Source: Patescibacteria group bacterium (GTDB lineage Bacteria > Patescibacteriota > Patescibacteriia > XYB2-FULL-38-15). Taken from it: DNA of 64,000 nucleotides. The notes below the pieces were generated by a model. That model searched no databases. It was not told the origin of the DNA and worked only from the letters and a program-made list of their open reading frames with translations. Positions 47,533 through 56,537 of this stretch are shown piece by piece; position 1 is the first letter of the stretch; every line of letters begins with the position of its first letter. The translations under genes were made by a program, and so were the position numbers. The stretch is taken from contig JBAZEY010000003.1 of NCBI GenBank assembly GCA_041653675.1, forward strand, positions 13,284 to 77,283, written 5' to 3'.

Positions 47533-48297
47533 ATGGAAAACGCTTTAATTACGATAGGCATAATCGTGGTGGCGATTATTTTAGCTTCCATCCGCCAGGT
47601 CAACCAATACCAGCGGGGAGTGAAGTTCACGATGGGGCGATATTCTGGAATTATGGCGCCGGGTTGGCGTTTGGTGATTCCCGTTTTTCAAACCGCTAGA
47701 AAAGTTGATATGAGAATCAAAGCGGTTGATGTTCCGGATCAAGAAGCGATTACTAAAGACAACATTTCTGTTCGCGTGAACGCCGTGATTTATTACAAAG
47801 TCCGCGACGCGAATCAAGTAATTATTGAAGTAGAAGATTTTGGTTATGCCACTTCTCAACTTGCCCAGACGACGATGAGAAACGTGGTCGGCGAAGTAAA
47901 TCTCGATGAGTTACTTTCAAGCCGCGAAGCCATTGCCGAGAAAATTAGAGAAATTGTTGATAAGGCCACAGACGCCTGGGGTATCGAAGTTCATTCCGTG
48001 GAATTGAAAGACGTGACTTTGCCGGAAGAAATGAAACGGGTCATTGGCAAACAGGCCGAGGCAGAAAGAGAAAAGAGATCAGTAATTATTAAGGCTGAAG
48101 GCGAAGTAATTGCCGCGGAAAATTTGGCCAAAGCCGCGAATACTCTAGCAACTTCCGACGGTGCGTTGCATCTTCGAACCTTAAGCACGATCAATGATGT
48201 AAGTTCTGACCAATCCAACACAATTGTTTTTGCTATACCGCTTGAAATTTTGAGAGCGTTTGAGAGGATAGGAAAAAAAGATAAAGATCAGGCGTAA
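47533..48297 (+). CDS. SPFH/band-7 (stomatin/prohibitin-like) membrane protein
   Basis: N-terminal TM, SPFH core (YQRGVKFTMGRYSGIMAPGWRLVIPVF...) and a coiled-coil C-terminus. Confidence 0.85.
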   Translation: MENALITIGIIVVAIILASIRQVNQYQRGVKFTMGRYSGIMAPGWRLVIPVFQTARKVDMRIKAVDVPDQEAITKDNISVRVNAVIYYKVRDANQVIIEVEDFGYATSQLAQTTMRNVVGEVNLDELLSSREAIAEKIREIVDKATDAWGIEVHSVELKDVTLPEEMKRVIGKQAEAEREKRSVIIKAEGEVIAAENLAKAANTLATSDGALHLRTLSTINDVSSDQSNTIVFAIPLEILRAFERIGKKDKDQA

Positions 48298-48390
48298 AAA
48301 TTTTTAGAAATAAAAGGTAGCCCCACGAAGGCTGCTTTTTATTTTGCAAAAGATATTGACAAAAAGAGTCGGAGGTGTTAAAACAAAAAC

Positions 48391-48550
48391 GGTGAGGCGA
48401 CTGTGTCCTTGGCTTACTACGTAAGACCGGGGCGGTCGAGGACCAAGCCGCGCGCGGCTAACTCACGAGGGCGGATCGGATGTGGTCCCGCGACTCCTCC
48501 ACGACGGGGTGTGCAGTTCTAGACAACCTGCCCCCCGTCACTTTTTTTTA
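48391..48550 (+). ncRNA. Candidate small RNA (about 160 nt, GC-rich) with its own promoter and terminator; class unknown
   Basis: Promoter TTGACA(48356)-17-TAAAAC. Nested hairpins. Terminator gacggggtgtgcag...ctgccccccgtc plus T8. No plausible ORF or RBS. Confidence 0.35.
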
Positions 48551-48595
48551 TCAAAAAAACGCTCCGATCACCTCGGGGCGTTTTTGTTTAAAAAT

Positions 48596-49039
48596 TTATT
48601 TTATTCCGCGTTCGTTAAAAAAATCAGTGTAGTGTTTGTCTAGAGAAATGACGTGGCGCAAAAGCCAGTCTATGGCAAAATCGGAAAGATCGTGGGCGAT
48701 TTTTTTTACGTCCGCGTTCGGACTTTGCGCTTTGGCTAAAAATTCTTTTATTGTTTCACGATAGCGATTATGTTCGGCAACGTGAAGTTCTTGCTCGGGA
48801 AATTTATATGCTTCAAAATAAGTTTCTTCAGAGGAAAAGTGGAGTGAGGCGTAATTGCTAAACTCAATTAAGCTCATTAAGATTTTTTCCTGACTGACCC
48901 CGTCCTGAATAGAGAGGACATCAATCTGATTTGCGAGATCGATATAACGTTTGTGTTGGTCGTCAAAAGTTTTTACGCCGACGCTGTAATTTTCGTTCCA
49001 AATAAAAGGCATATTTTTAAAATAAAGTTTTATTATCAA
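48596..49039 (-). CDS. Bacteriohemerythrin-like protein
   Basis: FxWxxxYSVGxxxFDDQHKRYI, HFSSEE, HxxxH and a C-terminal HV motif consistent with hemerythrin metal ligands. Confidence 0.65.
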   Translation of the reverse strand: MIIKLYFKNMPFIWNENYSVGVKTFDDQHKRYIDLANQIDVLSIQDGVSQEKILMSLIEFSNYASLHFSSEETYFEAYKFPEQELHVAEHNRYRETIKEFLAKAQSPNADVKKIAHDLSDFAIDWLLRHVISLDKHYTDFFNERGIK

Positions 49040-49109
49040 GCGAGCGATGATAACATGAAGTATTGATTAAAATTTATCACTTTATATATTTTTTGTAAAT
49101 AAAAAAACC

Positions 49110-49138
49110 TTGACAAATTTTTAGAAAAATATTATTGT
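49110..49138 (+). promoter_or_regulatory. Canonical promoter TTGACA-17-TATTGT
   Basis: ttgaca aatttttagaaaaatat tattgt. Confidence 0.5.
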
Positions 49139-49192
49139 TTATAGTCCGAATTGGTTTTGGCACGCAACCCATTCCTGGAGAAGGAGGAGAGG

Positions 49193-49465
49193 ATGGACAA
49201 GAGGTTCACGGATCTGACGCGCGAGGGAAGGATTCGACTGAGGGACTTCCTCCTGGCGCACGCCGAGAAGGGCGAGGAGGTCGTCGCGATCAAGGAGGTA
49301 CCGGTCGAAGGGAGGGCGCGTGTGGCCTTCGAGGAAGGCGAGCTCATCTGCGTTTCCCCCGTCTTCGTGGTCGAGGCGACCAAGAAGGAGATCTGGGTGT
49401 GCCACGCGTGGGACACCGAAGGGATTGTCCTCTGCCCCGATTACCCCTGCATCGTGCGGGTGTAG
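49193..49465 (+). CDS. GC-rich orphan small protein (90 aa), unknown function
   Basis: RBS GGAGAAGGAGGAGAGG then ATG. About 62% GC. Terminator ggccacctgaaacatggtggcc plus T-run at 49478-49515. Confidence 0.5.
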   Translation: MDKRFTDLTREGRIRLRDFLLAHAEKGEEVVAIKEVPVEGRARVAFEEGELICVSPVFVVEATKKEIWVCHAWDTEGIVLCPDYPCIVRV

Positions 49466-49534
49466 CGCCCGCGAACAGCACAACCAATCTGGCTCCTGGC
49501 CACCTGAAACATGGTGGCCTTATTTTTTTATAAT

Positions 49535-49729
49535 TTATTTATCAAACGAAAACAGGTCGTCAATTTTAACGCGCAGAACTTTCGCTACGTCGTGAGCCAA
49601 GCCGAGCGAGGGATTGTATTTTCCTTGTTCCAAAAAGACGATCGTTTCTCGCCGGACGCCAACTAATTTCGCGAGATCTTCCTGCGTGAGGTTGTGTTTT
49701 ATTCTTAATTCTTTAATTTTATTTTGCAC
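49535..49729 (-). CDS. XRE-family HTH transcriptional regulator
   Basis: [29 protein letters not shown]. Confidence 0.85.
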   Translation of the reverse strand: MQNKIKELRIKHNLTQEDLAKLVGVRRETIVFLEQGKYNPSLGLAHDVAKVLRVKIDDLFSFDK

Positions 49730-50096
49730 GTTGGTAATACTTAAAAATAAAACTATAAAGAAGCATCAAGCCGCAAACGGCATAAGCCAGAGTTGAACCA
49801 ACCAGTTCAAAATCGGGCCTGTCTTTTTTTAGAGCGAACAAAACTAAAATTATTACGCAGGAAATGGCGGAGAAAATAGTCATCGCGTATCTCGCGGCGT
49901 TTCCGGCAATTTTATAATCTCTCTCATCGGCCAAGACTTCGTTAACTTTTTTCCGCATAAGTAGGAGAAAAATTAGGGCCGTGATTACGGCCGCGATTGG
50001 CACGAGGTAATTGCCGGCCGCGACAAAAGAAGAAACTACGCCGGCCAGCAGCATAACTACTATCAGGCGATAAACCAGGAATTTTTTTGCAGTCAT
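49719..50096 (-). CDS. Small 4-TM membrane protein (DUF2178-like partner of the XRE regulator)
   Basis: Four hydrophobic helices. Translationally coupled with the downstream HTH gene. Confidence 0.5.
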   Translation of the reverse strand: MTAKKFLVYRLIVVMLLAGVVSSFVAAGNYLVPIAAVITALIFLLLMRKKVNEVLADERDYKIAGNAARYAMTIFSAISCVIILVLFALKKDRPDFELVGSTLAYAVCGLMLLYSFIFKYYQRAK

Positions 50097-50274
50097 AAGT
50101 TTTATTTAATATTTAACCTCTAATTCTATGTTACATATTTCTAACATACTTGTCAAGTGGATAAAATTTATTATAACCATTTTAAAATAAAACAAAAACG
50201 CCTCCGATTTACTGGAGACATTTCAAATTATTTTTTTAGCCAGCGTTTTACATTTAACAATTAAAATTCAACAG

Positions 50275-51024
50275 TTAGTAAATAACCACGGCTTTTTTAT
50301 CAAGCAGCTCCCAGTTTTTTAAAAAATCTTTTACCGTTAATCTTATCTCGCCGTAAATAGGATCTAAAAGGATCATTAATTTTGGATTGTCCGAGTTGCC
50401 GGTAAAACCAATTAATGTCCGAGCATGTTCATCCAGCTGGGCATTAATAATTTTTCCTTCGGGAGTTGTCCAAGATATATCTTTGGTTCTGCCAACTATT
50501 TTTCCCCAAACTACGATCGGATTATTATTTGTTAATTCTGTTATCAAATCATTCAGCGTTCCGTTGGCAATAATTTTTGCCGATCGGTATTTTGAAGCTA
50601 GATCATAAATCGGTTGTTCGTAAACGCCATAGCCGGTATTTGGCATTGCACCGTCGATGTTGCCGACAAAACCTAAATTAGGATCGCCCCAGATATTATT
50701 TTGATGGCGCGGCTCCGGATCGGAAATAGGCAACTGCTGAATTAATTCGCTTTCCGTAACTTTTATTCCTTTGTAGTTTAAGGCCATCAGCAAGGAAGCA
50801 ATTTCACAAGAGAGCGCATGTTCCTGGCGGTGGTAGGGGACAGCTAGATCAACCGCCGGTTTAATTGGTATAATAACGCGTTCAATCTGGTAGTAAATTT
50901 TTTTGACAACACTTACTTTCCCCTTAACACTATCTATCGTCAGCTCAAACACCAACCAGGCAATCAATAAAACAACTATCACCAGTAATAGCAAAAGACG
51001 TATTTTTTTTATTTTTTTAAACAT
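50275..51024 (-). CDS. Secreted peptidase C39-like (papain-fold) domain protein
   Basis: Signal anchor. YHRQEHALSCEIASLLMALNY matches the C39-like catalytic Cys context. Confidence 0.45.
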   Translation of the reverse strand: MFKKIKKIRLLLLLVIVVLLIAWLVFELTIDSVKGKVSVVKKIYYQIERVIIPIKPAVDLAVPYHRQEHALSCEIASLLMALNYKGIKVTESELIQQLPISDPEPRHQNNIWGDPNLGFVGNIDGAMPNTGYGVYEQPIYDLASKYRSAKIIANGTLNDLITELTNNNPIVVWGKIVGRTKDISWTTPEGKIINAQLDEHARTLIGFTGNSDNPKLMILLDPIYGEIRLTVKDFLKNWELLDKKAVVIY

Positions 51025-51029
51025 AGTGG

Positions 51030-51521
51030 TTAGATGTTATAAAAATCAAAATCTTGAGGTACAGATAAGGCGTCCATGTTCATTTTATTGTTTTTCTCAA
51101 AATTACATTCCATTATGATATTACAGGCTTTTCTAAAATCATCATATAAATCTTCAGCCACCAGTATAAGTTGGCCATTAACTATTTTGAGGTGATAATT
51201 GCCGTATCTTTTTGCTTCTTCTCTGTGTGTTAGACCGATATTGTGTTTGGGTAATAATGCATGGGTCATGCCATTTCGAAGAGAGTCACATAGATTAAAT
51301 TGGCTATTAAACGGAATGTATTTTGGCATGAGCTCATTTATGGCCATGTTGAAGTGAATTGCGGAAAAGCCGCTCTGCTGCCAAGATCTATTTTCGTCTA
51401 AACATTTACCGAGAAATTCTATTCCGATTCCAATTAAAACAAAAGACAAATAAGGATATTTATAAGAAATTTGTCTGTATTGTTCTAGAAAAGTGATTCT
51501 GATAAATTCTTTTGGCAACAT
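51030..51521 (-). CDS. Hypothetical protein
   Basis: ORF only. Confidence 0.3.
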   Translation of the reverse strand: MLPKEFIRITFLEQYRQISYKYPYLSFVLIGIGIEFLGKCLDENRSWQQSGFSAIHFNMAINELMPKYIPFNSQFNLCDSLRNGMTHALLPKHNIGLTHREEAKRYGNYHLKIVNGQLILVAEDLYDDFRKACNIIMECNFEKNNKMNMDALSVPQDFDFYNI

Positions 51522-51585
51522 AAGATTTTTTTATAATTTCGTCTGGCTGGTTTATTATACGAACTAGTATATTTTAATTATACTC

Positions 51586-51650
51586 TATTTCCCAAAACCA
51601 AAACACCTCCAGCAAAGGAGATGTTTTAGTGGGGTCGCGTAGTGGAGGTT
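51586..51650 (-). terminator. Copy 1 of a duplicated terminator element (conserved flanks, compensatory stem changes)
   Basis: tatttcccaaaaccaaaacacctcc...tagtggggt is shared with 52087-52133. The stem is acatctcctttgctggaggtgt here versus acacctctctaaaaggaggtgt in copy 2. Confidence 0.5.
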
Positions 51651-51781
51651 GTTAGAACTTTTTTCGGGGATAAGCAATTTTCCATTCCTTGCTTGGAGGA
51701 ATATCTTGACAGAAAAATTTTTGTATGTTAATTTAACCTGTCCATCCGAAATTAAGGTCGGTTGAGGATAAGGAGGGCAAC

Positions 51782-52036
51782 ATGAGGCTCCGTGAAGTGC
51801 GAATCGGGATGCGGGTGAAAGTGACGCGGCTCGGAAGCACGGAAGGCATGGCCGTTAAGCCAAAATATCTGCAGGCACGCCGACTTGGCGCTCGCGGCAA
51901 GATCATGAACTACATCGCCGGCCACGGTGGCGATTGTTGGTGGATCCGGCATGACGACGGAACGATCGGCGGCTACGGCTACATGGAATTCCAGCGCGTC
52001 CGGTCAAAGCGTCGGACCGGGGAGCGGACCAAGTAG
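51782..52036 (+). CDS. GC-rich small protein (84 aa), SH3/KOW-like and possibly DUF1918-like
   Basis: RBS TAAGGAGGG. Motifs IGMRVKVTRLG...GKIMNYIAGHGGDCWWIRHDDGTIGGY. About 62% GC. Terminator at 52055-52090. Confidence 0.5.
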   Translation: MRLREVRIGMRVKVTRLGSTEGMAVKPKYLQARRLGARGKIMNYIAGHGGDCWWIRHDDGTIGGYGYMEFQRVRSKRRTGERTK

Positions 52037-52129
52037 CCGCATACTTCACGCAGTTAGACCTCTGCAGAACAAAAGGTCTTTTTTTTATTTCCCAAAACCA
52101 AAACACCTCCTTTTAGAGAGGTGTTCTAG

Positions 52130-52204
52130 TGGGGTGGCTACTGGGAGTTGAACCCAGGCTAGCGGGACCACAACCCGCTGTTCTACCGTTAAACTATAGC
52201 CACC
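52130..52204 (-). tRNA. tRNA-His (GTG) with encoded G-1 and CCA
   Basis: G-1 pairs with C73. Acceptor GTGGCTA/TAGCCAC. Anticodon loop TTGTGGT. T-arm CTGGG TTCAACT CCCAG. Confidence 0.85.
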
Positions 52205-52213
52205 ATTAAATTC

Positions 52214-52288
52214 TGGTGACCCCAGCAGGAATCGAACCTACATCTTCACCTTAGAAGGGTGTTGCTCTGTCCATTGAGCTATGGGGCC
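52214..52288 (-). tRNA. tRNA-Arg (TCT) with encoded CCA
   Basis: Acceptor GGCCCCA/TGGGGTC. D-loop with GG. Anticodon loop CTTCTAA. T-loop TTCGATT. Confidence 0.8.
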
Positions 52289-52346
52289 GTAATGCGAAAA
52301 AAGTATTTTTTATTTTAACAGAAATTTTTGCCGCTGTCAAGAATCT

Positions 52347-53264
52347 TTATTTGCCGCGTTGGCGGCCGTGAAAACTTTTATGGACGTCACGGAGTTGTTG
52401 ATTTGTAATATGCGTATAAATTTGAGTTGTTGTAATAGATGAATGGCCGAGCATGGCTTGGACCGAACGGATGTCGGCGCCATTCATTAATAGATCAGTG
52501 GCATAAGAATGACGCATAGTGTGCGGCGTAACTTTTTTTGTGATGCCGGCAATCTTGGAATATTTTTTCACAAGCCGTTCCACGCTCCGGGGAGTGAGAG
52601 CTCCTTCACTCTCGTGCGCTCGGTCATGGGAAACAAACAAAAATGGTGAAACATCTTGGCGTCCCTCTAAATATTGTTTGATCCAGAATTTCGCCTGGTT
52701 TGATAAAAAGACTATGCGCGGTTTGTCGCCCTTGCCGCGAACCGTGAATTCTTCTTTTTTCAAATTGACTTGTTCCTTTTTTAAATTTGCCAACTCGGAA
52801 ACGCGGAGTCCCGTAGAAAAAAGCATTTCCACAATGGCCTTATCTCTTTTTTTGATAATTTCTGGCGACTCGGTCAAGGTCGGCGCTTCAAGAATTCGTT
52901 CCAAATCAGATCCTTCCAAAAAATCCACCACACGTTCGGGCATTTTTCCCAATTCAATTTTTTCCGCCGACATTGTTTTGATGTCGCGCTTGGCCAGATA
53001 TTTCAGAAAAGCTCGGAGAGCGATCAGATGGTAATTTTGAGTATTTTTTTTCAGGGTGCGGCCGTGCTCGTCGGCAAAACGATTTAGCCAAAGCCGGTAT
53101 TGCCGGACTTTTTCCTGGGTAATGCCGGAAGGGGAAGTGTCTCCCGCCCATTCGTTAAATCTTTTCAAATAAAAATCATAATTCCGCACAGTTTTGGATG
53201 AACGGTTTTTTTCTATTTCCAGATATTCAAGAAATTGGGTTATTAGATTGTTGAGGTTGGCCAT
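52347..53264 (-). CDS. Tyrosine recombinase XerC/XerD family
   Basis: N-terminal SAM-like core-binding domain. Catalytic HTMRHSYATDLL...LGHSSITTTQIYTH. Confidence 0.85.
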   Translation of the reverse strand: MANLNNLITQFLEYLEIEKNRSSKTVRNYDFYLKRFNEWAGDTSPSGITQEKVRQYRLWLNRFADEHGRTLKKNTQNYHLIALRAFLKYLAKRDIKTMSAEKIELGKMPERVVDFLEGSDLERILEAPTLTESPEIIKKRDKAIVEMLFSTGLRVSELANLKKEQVNLKKEEFTVRGKGDKPRIVFLSNQAKFWIKQYLEGRQDVSPFLFVSHDRAHESEGALTPRSVERLVKKYSKIAGITKKVTPHTMRHSYATDLLMNGADIRSVQAMLGHSSITTTQIYTHITNQQLRDVHKSFHGRQRGK

Positions 53265-53401
53265 AACGGATTTTAGTGTCGTACAATCTTATTATAGCGC
53301 AGCCTTGCCAAATAAAAAAGGCTATGATAATATGATTAAGTAAATTATTAATGACGGTTCGCTGGGCCAGGGATGGGTGGACTCGGCAACCCGTGACAAA
53401 A

Positions 53402-53662
53402 ATGTTAGAAAAAAAAGCAAAAGACAAAATTATTGAAAAGTTTCGGATCCACGAAACTGACACAGGTTCTCCGCAGGTGCAAGTCGCCATTTTGACATCA
53501 GAGATTAAGGAATTGGTGGAGCACTTGAAAGAGCACAAAAAAGATTTCTCTTCCCGCCGCGGCCTTTTAAAGAAAGTCGGTGAACGGCGCAGGCTCTTGA
53601 AATATTTAGAAAGGGAAGACACAAAAGGCCACGCTGAATTGATGGAGAAATTAAAATTATAA
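53402..53662 (+). CDS. rpsO: 30S ribosomal protein S15
   Basis: [49 protein letters not shown]. Confidence 0.9.
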   Translation: MLEKKAKDKIIEKFRIHETDTGSPQVQVAILTSEIKELVEHLKEHKKDFSSRRGLLKKVGERRRLLKYLEREDTKGHAELMEKLKL

Positions 53663-53717
53663 AAAATTTTTAGACCCCTCCTTTATCGGAGGGGTTTTAC
53701 ACTTAAGGAGGAAAATT

Positions 53718-54239
53718 ATGGTAACTTATAAAGAACAGCGCGTCGGAGTTTTTATCGACGTGCAGAACATGTATTATTCGGCGAAGAATCTTTACAATGC
53801 GAAAGTTAATTTTGGCAATATTTTAGAAACAGCGGTAGGAAATAGAAAATTAATCCGCGCCATTGCTTATGTTGTAAAAACAAAAACCGGCGAGGAAAAA
53901 GTATTTTTTGAAGCGTTAGAAAAATTGGGTCTTGAAACTCGTGAGAAAGAATTGATGGTTTATGACGGCGCGAAAAAAGCCGATTGGGACGTCGGAATTT
54001 GTATTGACTCAATCGCTTTGGCTGATCGGCTGGACGTGATCGTTGTGGTTTCCGGCGACGGAGATTTTATCCCGCTCGTGCAATATTTAAAAATGAATAA
54101 AGGTTGTCGGGTGGAGTCAATTGCTTTCCGGGAAACAACTTCCACAAAACTCGTGGAGACAGTTGACAATTTTGTAGATTTGAGCCAAGATAAAAGGCGC
54201 TACTTAATTAGCGGTCGGACAAAAAGAACGATAATTTAA
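53718..54239 (+). CDS. NYN-domain (LabA/DUF88-like, PIN-fold) ribonuclease-like protein
   Basis: VGVFIDVQNMYYS...VVVSGDGDFIPLV acidic signature. RBS AAGGAGG. Confidence 0.75.
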   Translation: MVTYKEQRVGVFIDVQNMYYSAKNLYNAKVNFGNILETAVGNRKLIRAIAYVVKTKTGEEKVFFEALEKLGLETREKELMVYDGAKKADWDVGICIDSIALADRLDVIVVVSGDGDFIPLVQYLKMNKGCRVESIAFRETTSTKLVETVDNFVDLSQDKRRYLISGRTKRTII

Positions 54240-54340
54240 TTAAAAAAATAATAATTAAGAATTAATTTTTTGATCGCCAGACAAGTAGGCTTCTTCTGGA
54301 TAACCAGAAGTCTAAAGTTTGGCGGTCAAACGAGAATTTT

Positions 54341-56518
54341 ATGGTAAAAAAGTTTGAGTTGGAGTGGGGAGGGAAGAATCTAATTATTGAAACTGGAAAA
54401 TTCGCCGGACAAGCAAACGGCAGCTGCACGGTGCGTTACGGCGATACGTTAGTTTTGGCCACGGCGGTAATATCGGGAAATCAAAGAGAAGGCATTGATT
54501 ATTTCCCGCTCATGGTTGAGTACGAAGAAAAACTTTACGCGGCTGGAAAAATTAAGGGCTCACGTTTTATAAAACGCGAAGGCCGCCCGACTGACGAAGC
54601 AATTTTAACATCGCGGCTGGTTGATCGTGCAATCAGGCCGTTTTTTGATGACCGAATGAGAAACGATATTCAGGTTGTTGCTTCAACCTTGTCTTGGGAT
54701 CAGGAAAATGATTCCGATATCCCGGCATTAATCGGCGCTTCAATTGCCCTTTCCATTTCCGATATTCCTTGGAACGGGCCGATTGCCGCGGTACGCGTTG
54801 GCCGGGTAAACGGAGAATGGGTTTTGAACCCAACTTACGAAGCGCGGAGCAAAAGCGCCATTGATATTGTTGTCGCCGGTACGGAAGAAAAAGTTTGCAT
54901 GCTTGAAGCCGGAGCCAGTGAAGTTTTAGAAACAGATGTTTTAGAAGGAATAAAATTCGGCCAAAAGCATTTGAAAAAAGTTATTGAATTGATTGAAAAT
55001 ATCCGCGAAGAAATTGGCAAAACAAAAATTTCAATTGTGGAAGAAGATTTGGAAGCGGCTTCGGAAAAAGAAGGATTAAAAAATAAAGTTAAAGAGTTTG
55101 TCCATAAGGAATTAGCCGCTAAATTTTTTGACAGCAAAAAAGAGAATAAGGCTTCGCGCCAGGAAGTTTTGAACAAATTAGAAAACGACCTTGGAGAATA
55201 TCTAAAGACAGAGGGAATCGGTAAGGATAAAAGAAAAGACGCGATGGGTTTTTTCTATGTTTGTATTGAAGAAGAAGTTAGCCGGGCGATTTTGGAAAGA
55301 GATGCGCGCGTGGATGGGCGGGCCCTGACTGAAATCAGGCCGCTTGCTTCCGAGATTGCGCTCTTGCCTCGCACTCATGGTTCGGGATATTTTACTCGCG
55401 GCGATACGCATGTTTTATCCGCAGTGACTTTGGGTTCGCCTGCTGAAGAGCAGACTTTAGACGGCATGGAGGTTTCCGGCAAAAAAAGATTTATGCATCA
55501 TTATAATTTTCCTCCATTTTCAGTTGGAGAGGCTTCGCCTATGCGCGGACCCGGCCGGCGGGAAATTGGCCATGGTGCTTTAGCTGAACGCGCTCTTCTT
55601 CCGGTTTTGCCGAAGACGGAAATCTTTCCTTATACCATTCGCGTTGTCTCTGAAGTTTTGAGTTCTAATGGTTCATCTTCCATGGCTTCAACTTGCGCCT
55701 CAACCTTGGCTTTGATGGACGCTGGCGTACCGATTAAATCTCCTGTCGCGGGCATTGCCATGGGTCTCGCATCGGACGAAAAAGGAAATTTTAAAATTTT
55801 AACTGACCTTCAAGATTTAGAAGATAGCAAGGGCGGTATGGATTTTAAAATCGCGGGGACGAGAACGGGTGTGACCGCTATTCAGATGGATACAAAAACT
55901 TTGGGGTTAACGATGGAAATGGTGGAGAAAACTTTGACGCAGGGCCGGGAAGCAAGAATGGAAATTTTGGATGTAATAGAGAGCGCGATTGCCGCGCCGC
56001 GTCCGGAGCTTTCCCAATATGCTCCGAGAATTATCACCTTTAAAATCAATCCGGATAGAATCCGCGATGTTATTGGTCCGGGCGGAAAGATTATTAATGA
56101 AATTATTGACGCGACCGGCGTATCAATTGATATTGAAAATGATGGGACGGTAGTTGTCTGTTCATCTCAACCGCCAGCGCTTGATAAAGCCGTGGCTTGG
56201 GTGAAAAGTTTGACGCAGGAAGCTGAGGTTGGAGAAATTTATCAAGGTCCGGTGACGCGCATTTTGGACTTCGGCGCGTTTGTGGAAATTTTTCCGCATA
56301 AAGACGGGCTAGTCCATATTTCTGAACTTGCGCCATATCGCGTAGATAAAGTTACCGACATTGTAAAAATCGGCGATGTTGTCCGCGTAAAAGTTATAAA
56401 AGTTGATGAACAGGGGAGAGTTGATCTCTCCATCAAACGGCTGCAGGAAAATGGAGATAAAAATGGCGGACGCGACCAAGACAATACGCGACCGAGAAAC
56501 GATCGTCCGAGAAGGTAA
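54341..56518 (+). CDS. pnp: Polynucleotide phosphorylase
   Basis: Two RNase PH domains, KH and S1. Confidence 0.95.
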   Translation: MVKKFELEWGGKNLIIETGKFAGQANGSCTVRYGDTLVLATAVISGNQREGIDYFPLMVEYEEKLYAAGKIKGSRFIKREGRPTDEAILTSRLVDRAIRPFFDDRMRNDIQVVASTLSWDQENDSDIPALIGASIALSISDIPWNGPIAAVRVGRVNGEWVLNPTYEARSKSAIDIVVAGTEEKVCMLEAGASEVLETDVLEGIKFGQKHLKKVIELIENIREEIGKTKISIVEEDLEAASEKEGLKNKVKEFVHKELAAKFFDSKKENKASRQEVLNKLENDLGEYLKTEGIGKDKRKDAMGFFYVCIEEEVSRAILERDARVDGRALTEIRPLASEIALLPRTHGSGYFTRGDTHVLSAVTLGSPAEEQTLDGMEVSGKKRFMHHYNFPPFSVGEASPMRGPGRREIGHGALAERALLPVLPKTEIFPYTIRVVSEVLSSNGSSSMASTCASTLALMDAGVPIKSPVAGIAMGLASDEKGNFKILTDLQDLEDSKGGMDFKIAGTRTGVTAIQMDTKTLGLTMEMVEKTLTQGREARMEILDVIESAIAAPRPELSQYAPRIITFKINPDRIRDVIGPGGKIINEIIDATGVSIDIENDGTVVVCSSQPPALDKAVAWVKSLTQEAEVGEIYQGPVTRILDFGAFVEIFPHKDGLVHISELAPYRVDKVTDIVKIGDVVRVKVIKVDEQGRVDLSIKRLQENGDKNGGRDQDNTRPRNDRPRR

Positions 56519-56537
56519 TAAATTGGGAGGCATAATA

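Noticed and set aside
52347-53264. Phage-type integrase
   Set aside because: The length (305 aa) and the N-terminal SAM-like core-binding domain fit XerC/XerD better. It is kept as Xer-family, with the caveat noted in the findings.
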